From the human T2T-CHM13v2.0 reference genome, Homo sapiens: a stretch of DNA of 64,000 nucleotides. The notes below the pieces were generated by a model that saw nothing but the letters and a program-made list of their open reading frames with translations, made no database searches and had not been told where the DNA came from. The position numbers were made by a program, and so were the translations under genes. Where the stretch lies: the NCBI GenBank assembly GCA_009914755.4, contig CP086569.2:21344001-21408000 (forward strand), given 5' to 3'. Below, piece by piece: positions 38,480-53,234 of this stretch. Numbering within the stretch: position 1 is the first letter of the stretch; each line of letters opens with the position of its first letter.

Positions 38480-41400
38480 GTGTCCTGGTGTCTTTTGGAG
38501 TTACCAATCCTGCTCTGAGGCTGTGGCAGAGAGGGGCTGGATTCTATTTACATACTTGTTTCAAGATTCACAGTGCATCCAAAGTGAGGGTATAAATCTG
38601 TAGGACACAGCTGGACCTGATTCTCCAATGGCTTCATAGCAGGCAAAATATCTTATGTATCTGCAAACAACAAAAATAGAGATCAAATATTGAGATCTAT
38701 ATATATATTAGAGGACTGACTGAAAGTCACCAGTGAACAAGTTTGGTAAGAAATCCCGTGTGTTGTTTCTTAGGTTTTAAATTTTCCCAGAGTATAGCTG
38801 GGGGAGCTGAAATTGAGATTAAGATCAAAAACAAAAACTATTTTGTACACCATCTTGAGATGGTGGCTTTTTTGATATAACACCAAGAAATTTCTTTTGC
38901 AGGCAAAATTGCTCACAAATACCAGTTAAGAGATGCTGTTGTCAATCTAATCAGTTACCTTCCAGAATATTCTTTGGCTTAAGGGACTTCAAGACTATCT
39001 AGTTGTAACTTATAATAATTCTCTATTGATACAGAGTAAATTTGGGACTTTGGCAGTGAAGCTAACACAGAGACTCATCAGTAACTGCTGACAGATGGAA
39101 GCAGGCAAGCTTGTCTGGGTTTATTGCTTAGGTGTTCGCTACACAGGCATAGAAACTCTGCCTACCACAGAATGGACCTGCTCTTGAATAGAGAGGCAAG
39201 CCAATCCTGGTGGCACAGATAGATGAGTTCCCTTTAGGCTCCTGAGGGGAGAAAAAATACCTGAAACGATGCCTTAAAAAGGAGAGAATCTATTTTACAA
39301 AATAACATCAGGGTCCACTGCCAAGACAAGGGTCAGCAGGCAGATTTCATTCTGTTTAGGCTCTACTGCACATGATTCTTCTGCATCTTGTAGAAGATAG
39401 TTTTGTGATTAGGCTCCCAGAATACATGTGAATTTACCCAGCCAAAGGGGCTACTCTTGAGTCCAAATTAAAGAGAACAAATGGCATGTCTGCCACATGA
39501 ATGTTTATTTGCAGTCTCAAAAATCATAGTTCTTGGGCTACACCAGCATTTTACAAATCTCACAGCTGAATCCCAATCACTTTATCAAGAAATAAAGAAA
39601 CTTATGTCCGTGGATGGGTGCAGAATTCTTCTGTTTTGAAGAGACACAAAATGGTGACCTCATATTTCACCATCTTGCTTTTATCATCCTCTATCTTCTA
39701 TTTTTAACAGCTAAAATGTTATTGTACAATGAACACAAAGATTTGCCATTTAACTTAATATCAAAACTATTCACTCTGCACCATGTCTGACAATCAGCAG
39801 TTTCTATGTGTGTGAGGTTATATGTTTGTGTGGGGGTGTAATTGATGTACAGTGGTGAGAAGCAAAAGATAAACCAAATCCCTATGAAATCTTTATGTCC
39901 TTTGAAACACTTTTAAGTTAAAACAGCTTTACTGTGATTTGTAATGTCCTAAGCAGCAGTGCAAAGACATGAGAGCTTTATACACTATGTTGTAACTCTC
40001 CATATGTAAATAGCATGGGGCTGTTCCAATGTGATTTTATTTCTGATATCTTCACCTTTTTTTTCTTAAGCTGACACTGTCATTTCTGAGTTTTCTTACA
40101 TAATGATAATTATCTGCATTTAAAATACATGTTATCCTTAACTTTCAGTTGTTTTTCCCAATGTTTTCTCCTCTTCAACAAAGTGTCTACCCTGTAAGCA
40201 TATGACTTTATCTCACCACTCCTACCTCCTTCCAGTGATACAAATTTGATCTCTGCCTAAGAGTCTTTATCCAAGACGTGACACCATTTCTTAAGAGGTC
40301 CTCTGTCCTAGCTCACCCATTATTTCCTGTGTTTCTTCCTTCTAGCTCTGAACAATATACTCTATTTCTTCCATTACTGCCAATCTGATATAGAAAAAAC
40401 TGATAAATAAGTCAAAACAACCACTGTGTAGCATCTCTTAAGTTGTTTATTTTTTTTAACCGCAGACTGAGAGCTGTTAGCTCAAATTTTACTGGCACAA
40501 GAGACAAAATTTTGCACATCTAGCTATGTTTAAATGAGTTTCAATGAGTAGAATGTAGACATTAGATTTTCTTGGTGTGCAAATTCATAAACTTGGCTCA
40601 GCATTTGCTGAATATTAAATAAATGATTTTATTATATGATGCTAAGCCAGCATTAGAAGTAGAGCTTTTAAAACTTAATTTCTGGAAGGGTTTTGAAGCA
40701 CCATCACAGTGACATACATCTTCTTAAACTCTTGTCTTATCCAGAAATAACCTTACTTAATTCAGCTTTACTGAATTGAAAAATCTGCACCTTTATCCTG
40801 TGTACAATCTCAATTTGTGAGGGTCTTTATCTGTTATGCAAAATTGCACAATAAAGATTGTTGTGTGGTATTTACAGCCATAATGAATTTGTTTTTCTTT
40901 ACTACTTCTCATATCATTTATTCTTCAACAATCATTCTACCTCTGTTAGCTCACAGGTGCATTGCTACATTCAAATATTTACATATCATGTTATTTTTAA
41001 AAGCCAAAATGACACCTTTTCAGCATTTACAATTTTCTTGGTTATTTAAACCCCTCCAGCTTTATTCAGGAGCTGTTAAATATTGATAAGATAGAGGCTT
41101 GTTGCTATATGCTTTCAAGTGCAATTTCTCTTGAAATTTTCTCACCTGGAGTTTCCATGGTAAGTTGCTAAGAGGTATCACCTAGACTTTTAAGTGCATT
41201 ATAGGATACACCCCACTAAGGAGCTGTCTTTCCCTTCTCTCCCTCTTTATCACGGGAGACAGAGAGAAGGAAAAGAAGGAGACTGCAGGAAGAAGACAGA
41301 GAAAAGAAAATACAATAAAGATACAAAGAGAAAAACCTATGATAAAAGACTTGCCGTGAGAGCTGCACTTCTTAATTCTCTCTCAGGAGTTCTCTTCTCC

Positions 41401-44400
41401 TAGACCAGAAGGGACCCATGATAGAGTCTTTGTTTTCCATGTGATTATTGGGAATTCTAAGCAATGAGTTAGCAGAACAAGGACTATGGGTGGGCTGTCT
41501 GCTAACGGTTTGTTAGTCAAGTTTGAGTTAGAAAGAACATCAGAAGACAAAACTGGGCTATGATGATGGCCACAGTGTTGGAACCTTCTGCCACAAAAAT
41601 ATGAGTAGGACTTAAGCCTTAGAACCTCGGAAGCCAATTCAAGGCTGACATGGTGAGTCTCAGGATGAGATAAACTATGGACCATGGGATGCCAGAGCAC
41701 TTTCTCTTGTGAGGCACAGGAGGGCACTGTGTGGGACTGGCTCAACTCACTTTTCTTGCTTCTGCTCAAGATGAAAAAAAAGAAAAAAAAAGGAAGAAGT
41801 TTAAAGATGAAGACAAGGGAGAACATTTGGATTAAGTCAGAAGGAGTAGTGCTTTGGCCACAGCCAAAACCGAAGCTAGCCCACTTGGACATGCTGTGCT
41901 CCAGGATTCTGCCTACCAGCCTGTCCCTGGCCCATTGGTGTCCCCAAGAAGTCAATATCCTGACCTTCTAAAGCACAGTAAGTAAGTAGAATCCCTATCT
42001 TTACGGTCAGGTCCAGCACAAGCATTACCAAATATCAATATGAAGCTTTTATCTTCAGACTTTTCTATCAGAGTAGCACTAAGGCACTATTGTTGAGGTG
42101 GTTGTTCTGAGGATTTCTGCGAATTAACAACAGAGTAGCTAGCCCATTGGCCCTTTGAGGATACAGCAGCTTATATTAAGTTAATCAAGATAATGCCTAG
42201 AACAGAGATGGGTAAGTGATGACCTCAAATTTGTCCAAGAAGGAAGGAAGCTTCAAGGACAGTGGCCCTGAACCTCTGAGAATTCCTGAAACCTTGGAAT
42301 TTTGGCAGCCAACCAGAAATGGGTCTAATCAGTTCCAGGACAGGACACAGCCTGCCCTTAGCAATGCTAAATCTTAAATGCTTGTGGTCTACCCACCATC
42401 CCACAACCTCTTCTAGAGGCCAAAGCAGAAAGGTAACCTGCCTCTTTGTTGTGACTGTGCTCTTACGTGGCTTCTCAGTCCAGCCTTGACAGACAGCTTC
42501 AGGCATACATGGGTCAGGTTACAGAAGCAGTTCCACATAGAAGCCCTTAGCCTATATCCATCAGACTGGGGCCTGCAGGAGCAAGCATTACTGGCTATTG
42601 AATACACGAAAAGGCTGCATATATCTTTGGCTTTTACTCTCTGCATGCATTGAATCCCTTTTGTCATTAGGATTCATAAAAACAGGATCCTACAGTCTTG
42701 GTGCCCTGTGTTCTTAAAGTTGTGCCATCTTTCTTCCAGCTGTGAAATGGTCCCTCTGCAAAAAGAATGTTCTAACAAATTTTTTTCTTCCACCACCATC
42801 CTTGCATGTGTAAATCTTTATTCTGCCCATCAATCCTAAAATCTGACTCTAATACCAAAGGCTCTTTTGTCTTTTTACAAAGACTTCTTAATGTTATTTT
42901 CCTCCAATACTAGACACTGGCCATTCTTACCCTTGCCTTAAGATGCAAATTAAAGACTGTTGTGCCAGCCTTTCCCAATACAGCTTTTGTCTCCACATGA
43001 GCAGGGCTGCTTTTTCAATGAATGACATTTTCGCCAGACCATAGGGAATTACCAGGTGAACAAACTTCCCTTTGCTTCTGTAACCTATCTCATAAACTGT
43101 GTATGTAATCAAGACCTCATGATGCTAAATTAAATTTCTTGTCTTGTACTTCTCTTTAGTGATCTCAGAGAATGGTAAACCACTTTCTGTAATCATAGGG
43201 TCCCCTTAAAAAGAAAGAAAGAAAACATGAAACAAAAGAAACAAGGACACATCCCAGAATACTATTTGTAGCATCTTTGGGCAGGAATTAGACAACAAAG
43301 GACTTCAGAGGTTTTGCTGCCCATCTGGGTCTACTGCTTGGGTCCAGTCAGGTTATACTCCCAGCCTTGTTGCAGTGGCTTCATGTCCTATGAAAGCCTG
43401 ACCCATGACCACTCTGCTTTGAGGTCTTGAGCTGCTTTCAAAAAAAAAAAAAAGACATTTTGGTTGAATAAATATTCAAATATTATGCCTACCAAATAGG
43501 TTGGCCTGGAGTTTGACTGTACTGCACCTATGACCAAAAAAGACTAGAAGCGTGTCTGGGTTTTGCACTCTCAGACCAAACAACCCTAATCTTACAGAAT
43601 TTGGTCAGAAGCAGGGAGGCCTAGCTGTATGATTCAAGTGAGTACAGAATAAGAGAAGTTAAAGACTCTAGAGAAGGGAGTGGTGGAGGCATATTATCCC
43701 TTTGCAGGTAGCAGGTTATTTTGGGGTGGCTTGCTAACACCCTTCCCATCCTCGCCAAGCTGGGCAATTAGAACAAGGTAGAACCAGCAGTTCTGTTATC
43801 TATTTCACAAAGGCTATAGCTGGATAGAAAAGAGAGAGAGGGTCTGAAAAGAGACTTGTCCAGATAATGCCTTGGTCATTTGGGGTCAAAGGTAGCTGTA
43901 GGACCCTTGCCACTGTGGCTACCTACCAGGTCTTCATTCCTATAAACATAATACTTTTCAATACAGTCATGTGCCAATGACTAAGTTCAATGATTGGAAT
44001 ATATACAATGGAGGTCTCATAAGATTATAATGCAACTAAAAAATTCCTATTGTTTAGTGATGCCATAGCGGCTCTGAGGTAGCATCGCATCCCTCAAGTT
44101 TTTGTGGTGACACTGGTGTAAACAACTGATTGCACTGCCAATTGTTTGAGTCTAGCATACATATTACATACATACAATACATAATTCTTATTAATGATAA
44201 CAACCATCCATGTACTGGTATGTACTGTACTGACTATACTGTATTTTCACTATTATTTAGCATATACTCCTACTCTTTACAAAAAAAAAAAGTTAAGTAT
44301 AAGACATATCAGGAGATATTCCAGTACAGGAAATATTTCAGTAGGAGGCATTGTTAACATAGGAGGTGACCCCTGCATGTGTGTTACTGCCCTGTAGACC

Positions 44401-44628
44401 ATCCAGTGGAACAAGATGTGGAGGGGGTGACAATAATATTGAAGACCCTGTCTCTGCATAATACAAGGCTAATGTGTGTGCTCATGCTTTATATTTTAAA
44501 AAATGATTTACATGGAAAAAATTAAGTAACCATTATAAGAGCAGATACAAGCTTATATTATTGAATATAAAATTAATGTTTATTCATCTGTATAATACAT
44601 TTATTTTAACCTAAATTTCATTTAAAGA

Positions 44629-44920
44629 GGGTCAAGCATGGGCATGGTGGCTCACACCCACAGTCCCAGCACTTTGGGAGGTTGAGGTGAGGAATGCTTG
44701 TGCATAGGTATTCAAGAACAACTTGGGAAGCAGGGCAAGGTCCTATTTATACAAAAACTATAATAATTAGCCAGTGTAATTACAGTGACTGTAATTCCAG
44801 CTACTAGGGAGGCTGAATCTGGTAGGTTGAGGTAGCAGTGGGTTATGACTGCATCTCTGTACTGCAGCTTGGGTGACAAAGTGAGACTTTACCTTAAAAA
44901 CAAAACAAAACAAAAACCCT
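44629..44920 (+). mobile_element. Alu SINE (diverged, old), inserted in duplication copy A only
   Basis: gggtcaagcatgggcatggtggctcacacccacagtcccagcactttgggaggttgaggtgagg... Confidence 0.8.
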
Positions 44921-46394
44921 AAATAAAATTTTTAAAAAGAAAAAATAAAATTTAAAAAATCTAAACTTTAAACAAAAATTAAAAGTTTGTAAAGTAAAAA
45001 GTTACAGTAGCAGAGGTTCATTTACTATTAAAGAAAGGTAGTTTTAATAAATGTATATATTCTAAGCATACAATATTTATGTCATAGTAGTTTACACTAA
45101 TGTCCTTGGCCTTTATATTAATTTGCCAATTATTGACTCATCCAGAACAATTTTCAGTCCTAAAATCTGCATTTTAGGACATGCATTTAAGTATGTTCCC
45201 TAAACAGTTATACCACATTGTACTCCTTCCAAAATATTTTTAGTATACCTTTTCAGTATTTCATATGTTTAGATAATAAATACCATTGTGTTATAACTGC
45301 CTACAATATTTAGTATAGTAACCTGCTATGTAAGTTTATAGTCTACAAATCTATACCATATAGTGTGGTATACCATGTAGTGCAAGGTATCCTGTCTTGT
45401 TTGTGAATGTACTCTAAAATGTTCAGCCAATTACAGAATTGCTCCACAATGCATTCAAGTCATTAATTGATGCTTGAGTGTATTTTTAACTAGCCTGAAT
45501 TGGTAGAAATGTGAGTGAGAGAATTTTGTCTTACTTCTTCCCTTAGCGCACACACTTGCTGTAAATTCGGGGAAGTTAATTTGTCATATTATCCCTTCTG
45601 TGATCATTTCTCATTGATGTAGTATAAAGAAATAGAGAATGTGGAAGGACCTATCAAAGGAACATGATGCAACCACACTTGAAATACAATATCAACAGAT
45701 GTGGTTCCTCCTCCAGCAGCACAGTATAAAACATGTTGCCTTGTCTTCTTTGACAGAAACATGAATTTAATATTTACCAACTGTAGTCAGTGGTCAGTCA
45801 TGAACACTAGCACTACTTCCAGACACCCATCCACTTTCTATTTATTTTGGAAGCAATCTGCATTTTACACTTATATTGCATATGCAATTCCATGGCTATG
45901 CTTGGTACTTACTGAATTTGTTGCAAACCTCGTTGAAAAGGAAATGGTGATAACATGCACTAGCTCAAGTATAGAGTGGAGATGCTTTATTCTGCTCATC
46001 TTTTTACTACATTATTTCCAACCTCTTCTCGTGCTCTTGACTTTAAAGGCAGCAGAGTAGTTCTTTTGGAAATTGTACTACTTGATTAAAAAAAAAATAG
46101 GATGCAGAGTATTGCCACCTAACCTGGATTTCCTCGGTTATACTGTGTTTCCTAGTTTATCCTTGTTCTTAACTCCAGTTTCTAATATTAGATATCTGCC
46201 TCTCTACCAAGTGGAGTATTAGAATCTCAAGAAGCTTCTCTAGGCCACAGGTTATATGCCATTGGACTTTATTGACTTCCTCTGAGTACAGAGTTAAAGG
46301 CTGTTATGAAATAGACCATAGTTTAGGTACAAGGTAGTACTCAGTTCAATATGATATTTGTGGACATTTAGAAAACAAAAGGTTGTGATACAAA

Positions 46395-46500
46395 ACGAGT
46401 TAGTGGGTTCAGCGCACCAGCATGGCACATGTATACATATGTAACTAACCTGCACAATGTGCACATGTAACCTAAAACTTAAAGTATAATTTAAAAAAAA
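46395..46500 (+). mobile_element. Severely 5'-truncated L1 3' end (about 105 bp) with a poly-A tail
   Basis: acgagttagtgggttcagcgcaccagcatggcacatgtatacatatgtaactaacctgcacaatgtgcacatgtaacctaaaacttaaagtataatttaaaaaaaaa. Confidence 0.85.
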
Positions 46501-49500
46501 AGTCAGAGTTATTGTTTCTGATGCACAGGCTAGTTCTGTCTTCCCTTTACATAACTATGGTGGTATCTGCAAAGGAAAAATGTTGAAAGTCTGGGAGACA
46601 TATGGTTGTATGATCTCATGCTAAATATGCTTAGAAAAGAGTCTAGCCCATGTATAGCACAGTCCCTGTATCTAACTCTACTTGCTACGCAAATAGTATG
46701 GAAACAAGTTATTTCTTTTTCTAGAATGGTATCTTCTGGCATTTTTGAGCAGTGTCACTGTAGATCCCTGAGAAACTGGTACAGCAAAGAGTGAGTAAGG
46801 CCAGATAACATGTTATTAAATATTACAATGTATCTCTCTGGCCTAGTGTCATACCTGGAACCATTCACATCACATAAAATAAAAAAGCCAGATTTTGGCT
46901 GTGTATTGTTTTTCACCACTCTCCTGTTCATTACCTTTCATCTTATATACCTAAATATATTCTGGCTTTTGTTCCTAAAAAATTTTGAGACTATGGCCTC
47001 CTGCTTCTGCTCCGGCAGAGTGTGGCCATCATTCACACTTTAGACTATCTGCTGTTTTAATAGAACTGTGTATGGGATGAAAATTTTAGAAGGTAAACCA
47101 GTCTGCACTGGAACTTCTTTATTACATACCACAGAAGGCATCTTTACTGACTTGTCCACATGCTCAGTGTAGTGAGTATGAGTGGATTATTTTAATCCAC
47201 TCCTCTAGGTCACTTGGAAAAAGGACATTGTCTGTCTGGTTTTGGCACCAAAGTCTCTTATGTGTAAGTCTTGGTGTGACTCTTTGCCAAGAAGCTCAGT
47301 GCCTCATCCCAATGCTGCTTTATGTGTTGTACGTGTGCAAATGTGACTCATATACAGTAGTAGAAAGAAGCAAAAAACAAAGTGAAACCCCATGAAATCC
47401 ATGTGGACTTTGACACTACTGCAGTACAACTGCATTAATGTGATTGGTAGTGCACCAAGAAGCAGTACAAATAGGTAAAAGCTCTATTCAACTCTGTTGT
47501 AACTACTTAAACATCCACACGTAAATGAAAGGGCATAGCTATGCTTTAATACATATTATTATGGTCACTTAAATTTGAATTTAATGAAAATGTTTATGTG
47601 ACCATTTTTTTAGTGATTTATAGTTGTAAAGAAATAATCTTATTTCTTTGATTGTATAAAAACAGGTAGACGGTGGCTAGCTACAGGCCAAAATTTCTCA
47701 ACCCCTTGTCTGAGGAATCAATAAAGAAAGACATAATTATATTTCAATAAATATCTGTTTCACAATTCTGTATTTCTTTTGCCTCTGTACTTTGTGCTTT
47801 AGTTGTTAAAGTCTTATAAAACAACTAAATAGGTTTGTCTTTCTGTGTTTTTTTGGAAATTTCTCTTTACCCTCTTCCTTTAATAACTAAACCTTGTTTC
47901 TCCTCCAGTTTTCCAAATGATGATAATCACTTGATGTCAATATAAATGTTTTATTTGTCTTTCAATATTTTATCTCATATAATTTTTCCTTATCTCTATA
48001 ACTTTCACATCTGTTAAGGATATGGCCTTAATATTCTACAACTATTTCCTCTCAATTATGTACATATAGTAAAATTCCAACTATGTGTATGCATTGCCAT
48101 CTGGTCCATAATTACTTTTTATATGTTCCTGTGTCCCAGCACTCCGCAATCATGCCTGTATTCTCGTCTTCAATAATATGCTGTCATTCCTCCATTACTG
48201 CCAACATATGATGTATAAATAACTAATATACAAATGAGCCAATGAGGGATTCTGTTTGTTTACTGGTCACCAAGTAACTTATTTTTTTCACTGCAGCCTA
48301 ACCCTTCCAGAAGCAAAGCTATTGTTTTATATATCCAGTTATATTTATAAAGGAAGTCAAAATAAACAGATTTTAGCCATTATATTCTTTTGGTTTGAAA
48401 TGCCCCAAAAACTTTGCTAAATATGTGTTTCAGATAAAATAGAAACTTTTCTGCGCAACCCCAAGACCAGCAGTGAACTTGGAACTTTGGGATGTAAATT
48501 CCTTTTATATCCCAATGTAATGGTCTTTTCAGCAACATTACTTAGATATAATTTCTCTTTGACTCTCTTCTTTATTCAAAATCACCTTAACCTATTTAGC
48601 ACTTGAATGATAATTCCTGCACCTCAACTCTCTTCAGTCTCATACTGTGAGAGTCTTTTCCTCTCATCCAACAATCTGAAATAAAAATTGTGTGTGTTAC
48701 TTCCTCCCATGGTCATTTTTTTTTTGATGACCAGCACCCATCCAGCAATACTTCTATGCATTGCTTCATACAGGTAAATTGCCAAAATTAAATGTTCACC
48801 CATGTTGTTCTTTTTTTAAAAGCTCAAACAGCATATTTTTTATCATTTAGCCTTTTTCTGCTTTTTATACCCCAAAAGATTCATCACCAGGCATCTATTG
48901 GCCATTGATGAGAAAAAGCCTTGCTACTATTGACCTTCAAGGTGCAATTGCTGTTTTAATTCTCTCACTCACTCTCACTGCTGGGTTGCCAAGTGGCATC
49001 ACCCAGACAAATCAGACCCATCTAGAATATGACTACCTGGAAGTCTTTTGCCCTCCTCCCATTCAGGATGATGGCTCCTTTTCTGGGAGAGGTAATAGAG
49101 AAGAGAAACTAGAGACAAATTACAAAAAGGAGAACCAGTTAAATGAAGCCTTAACACCATTCGGTGAGAGCTACTCTTTTCATCAGTCTCTTCCACAAAT
49201 GCTCTCTAAATTTTGTTACTAGAAGGCAGCAACCTCAATGTCAGGGTTCAAGGTGTTATTATTGGGAATTTCCATCATGGTTAAAGTGATGGGTTAGCAG
49301 GACTATGGGTGAGCTATCTACTTACAGCGAGTGTGTCAAATTGGGGTCAGACAGAAAGAGCAGCAAGGAACTAAACTGGGCCATGGTGATGACATTAGAA
49401 AGTCAGCATCTCCTGGCACAACTGTGTAAGCATGGCAACTGTCTTGGGCTCTCTGAAATCAATCCAAAACCCACCTGGTGAGTTACTAGATGACAGATCG

Positions 49501-51741
49501 TGGGGACCCTCTACAGCCAGAGCACTCTTCAACCTGGAATACAAAATAGGGAACTGCAAAATCTGGCTTTTTGTACTCTTTTTCTCAATGATTAGAGAGA
49601 TGAAAAGATAACGAAAAGGTGAGGGTAGGGATACCAGGAAGCAGTTGGACAAGGCAGAAGGAACAACAATGCAGCTATATCCACAAGAAAATCCAGCACT
49701 GTGAACTGTGCCTTGGCTATTTGCTCCTGCTCCTTCACCTCTGCCTGGCTCACAATCATCTCCTAGAAGCAAAAATTCCTTAAAGCACAGTCACGAAGCA
49801 GTATTTCGTCTTTATTTCCAGGTCCAGCTGAAATATAACCACATTTAAATAATGCGGTTTTCAATAATTTTCTTTATCAGAACCTCCCATCAGAGTCCAA
49901 GGGCAGAATTTGTTGAAGTGAGTGTTTTGACAGGATCTAAGAAAGAGTATCAGGACAGCTCAGGGACCCTATAGGGCACTGGAGGCACCAGGTGAGTAAA
50001 ACAACATGATATGTAAAACAAAGACATAGGTTACTGCTGACATGGGCTATGGCCAGGGTGGAAAGAGGCTTCAAGGACTGTGAAAACTAACCTTTGTACA
50101 TTTCCAAAATTGTGATATTTTGGAAGCCAAGCAGGAGCTGTTCTGATAGGTTTCAGGATAACGGCCTGCCATCCTGGAGTTGCTGATGAAATGCCTGTCA
50201 TTCCCTATACAAAGAAAGGCTGTTTGCAGGCTTACTTACCATTCACTTGCCTGCCCACGTATGCAGAAGTACAGAATGGGAGTGAGAAGGAAGGAGTCAG
50301 GTGACCTTTCAGGTTGTTGGTACGATGCTCTGGTTTGCTTTGTTGTGCTGACTTGGAGAGAAAGCTTAGCACACGATTCTGGGTATAGAAGCCTTAATGC
50401 CTAAGCAGCTCCTGGCTTAGGTTCACTGCCCTGAGAACTGCAGAAGCATAGACAACATGTTTTTTCATGCAAGTGAAAGCTGTAAAAACCTATAACCTTA
50501 ATAGCATGAATGTATTGATTCACTTATATCATCTTGCTCAAAAGCAGAGCAGGATTTTACCACCTTGATATTATGAGTACTTAGGATGTTGCCACTTATT
50601 TTTCAGCTGTGAAAATGTCCACTGCAGAATGCAGCATCTTCTAGAAAACCTTCCTGACAAGTTTCTTTCCTCCATCACTGTCTCAGGGTATGAGATTTTT
50701 AGTTTGCTGACAAATCTCTTTTGTCTGCTGACAACTACTTCTATGAATCTTTCCGCATACCAGACCCTGACAAAATTCACCCATATACTAAAGGTCCCAA
50801 TAAGAAACTCCTAGCCCCAGCTTTCCCCAATGTACCTCTGTCTCCACAAAACCTGGGCTACTACTGTACTGAATTACATTTCCTCCCCACCAAATAAGAT
50901 GCCGGTAAACAATCTTTCATTTGCTTCTGTAATCCATTTTACAAACTGTATTTATAATCAAGGCCCCAGGATGCTAGATGGACCCAACATTCAGTCCCAT
51001 TTCTAATGCCCATTTCTAATGCAGTAAGGGCAAGGGACTTTGCAAATATGGGATTCCTTGACAAAGACAGAGAAAAATAGAAAGAAAAACAAACAAGAAC
51101 ACATCCTATAATACATTCATTACTATGGCATATATGAACATGAATGGGGTAGTAAAAGCCCCTACAGATGTCTGCTTTGTATCTGGGTCTGCTCTGTGAG
51201 TCCATCTGAGTTATTTCCAGACCCAGGACAGTTACATTATGTCCTGAGCAAGCCCAAAGTACAGCCACCTGCTTTGAGATTTACCCTTTTATTGTGCCCC
51301 TCCCTTAAAGCTCTTATCATTATTTTTTGATCAGCCAGGGAATGTCCTGTGTCAGGTCTTGAGTTGGTTGATAAGCAGTGGCTCTAAGAAAGGTCAGCTA
51401 AGTTGGGCTGGTACACTCTCAGCCCTTTGACATCTCCTAATATATTGGCCTAGCAGGAAAAACAGTCAGAGACAAAGCAGGAGTGTACCTGAGATGAAGC
51501 GGAATTTAAGAATTGGAAGCTCAAACCCTGACACTTCCTGGCACACACACTGAGCTACGAAGTATTGTGTAATCTCTAAGGTCAGGCTTCTGGGTTCCTG
51601 AGAGACTCACAGTGGAAGACAACTGCAAGTCAGGTGCAGGGGTCCTCTGTCTTCTGCAATGGGAAGAAAGGCACTTCTGGAATTTTCTACTCAACTTTTC
51701 CCCTGTATTACGTAAAATAGGATTAAGAAGCAAAAAAAAAA

Positions 51742-52028
51742 ATTTTTTTAGACGGAGTCTCACTAGGTTGCCCAGGCTGGAGTGCAGTTGCACAATCTCG
51801 GCTCGCTGCAACTTCTTTCTCCTGAGTTCAAGTGATTCTCCTGGCTCAGCCTCCCCAGTAGCTAGGATTACAGGCACATGTCACCACACCTGGCTAATTT
51901 TTATATTTTCAGTACAGACAGGTTTTCACCATGTTGGCCAGACTGGCTGGTCTCGATCTCCTGACCTCGTGATCCGCCCGCCTCAGCCTCCCAAAGTGCC
52001 AGGATTAAAGACATAAGCCACCACATAC
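51742..52028 (-). mobile_element. Alu SINE
   Basis: Poly-T followed by agacggagtctcactaggttgcccaggctggagtgcagt ... cctcccaaagtgccaggattaaagacataagccacc. Confidence 0.9.
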
Positions 52029-52789
52029 ATCCCCATAAAAAGCAAATTTTGAGCAAAGTTGTATCTTATCAACCAGGATTCAGATTGGAGACCACCTGGT
52101 AATACTGAGTGCTGTATGCTTTTGCTTTCAACCAGCATCATCACAAATGTCTTCCAAAGCCAGGATCCCTCTAAACACTTGCTTCCCTCCACTGATATGC
52201 ACTGTGACCCCAAAATGGTGGAGCAGAGAGTTAGTGGCATCTCAGTCCTTCAAATGTGCACCACTATTATTGTACAGTAGCAAGGGACTACCAAGTATGG
52301 GCAGATTCTTGACATCATACACTTGGACTACTTACTTTAGACTTCTTTTCTCCTGAATACAATTCACTGCCAGTTGACAGACATCCACAAAGTTTGAAAA
52401 TAGGGACTGTGTGACCCAACTTATGACACAGTCTGAATTACTGTTGGCATGATCATTGCTATTGCTCTCAAGATAATGCAATGATTTTTCATTAGTTGAG
52501 AACTCTGTGCAGAAAAAATAAAATAAAAATATATTACTTCAAATTACTAACTTTTCTTCATGAGAAGCAGCCAGAATGGAAACACAAAATTCCCACAGAA
52601 CATAATTGGTATTCTATGCTTTTGAGAGTAACTGCCAGTCCAAGGAAAGTGATTACAATGTGATTGAATTTTTTTAAAGCATGGCATGTTGTAGCAGTTG
52701 TAAGTTAGCATGCCTTCATTATGTTTGTGTCATTGCTGAGGTAAATATTCTACTTCACTGCCAGTCCTGTGAGTCTAGCATATATATAT

Positions 52790-53170
52790 ACACACATACA
52801 GATACACATATGCACACACACATTAAAATACATATGTATTTATATATAAAAATATATAATATATAAATATATAAATGTATATATGTATTTTATATATATT
52901 AAATATATAAATATAAAAAACATAAAATATATCTCATATATAATAGAATAGTATTATTTAATATATTATACATATTTATATATAAAATATATTATCTATT
53001 ATATATGATATAAAACATATTTTAATATATATTTATATATAAAATAATTACCTGTTATTAAGTTTTATGTATGGAACATTTATATATTTACATAATACAA
53101 TATATAACATATATTTATATATATAAATGCTCAATACATAAAATTTAATAATAAAATGTAACTATTTTAA
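52790..53170. repeat. Long AT-rich simple-repeat tract ((TA)n / (TATATAAA)-like; low complexity)
   Basis: atatatatatacacacatacagatacacatatg... then extended ta/at-rich units. Confidence 0.85.
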
Positions 53171-53234
53171 CAACAAATGACTTACATATTGCCTATATCA
53201 TACTTTTTTATTATTACCCTAGAATATGTTTCTT

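Larger units (their letters stand above)
39780..47320. repeat. Copy A of an ancient tandem duplication (unit about 7.5 kb). It carries later insertions: an Alu at 44629-44920 and an L1 3' fragment at 46395-46500
   Basis: Colinear diverged homology to 47320 through about 57070 at many anchor points; examples are given in the finding. Confidence 0.7.

Noticed and set aside
38480-39780. LTR-like motifs (ccatcttgagatggtgg ... aaaatggtgacctcatatttcaccatcttgc) suggesting a solo LTR or DNA-transposon remnant
   Set aside because: I could not match it to a specific family or find terminal repeats or a TSD, so I make no call.
41383-41955. 190-aa minus-strand ORF in unique sequence
   Set aside because: Low-complexity composition (poly-F/K from an A/T run), no recognisable domain and no start context. 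It is a chance ORF in AT-rich DNA.
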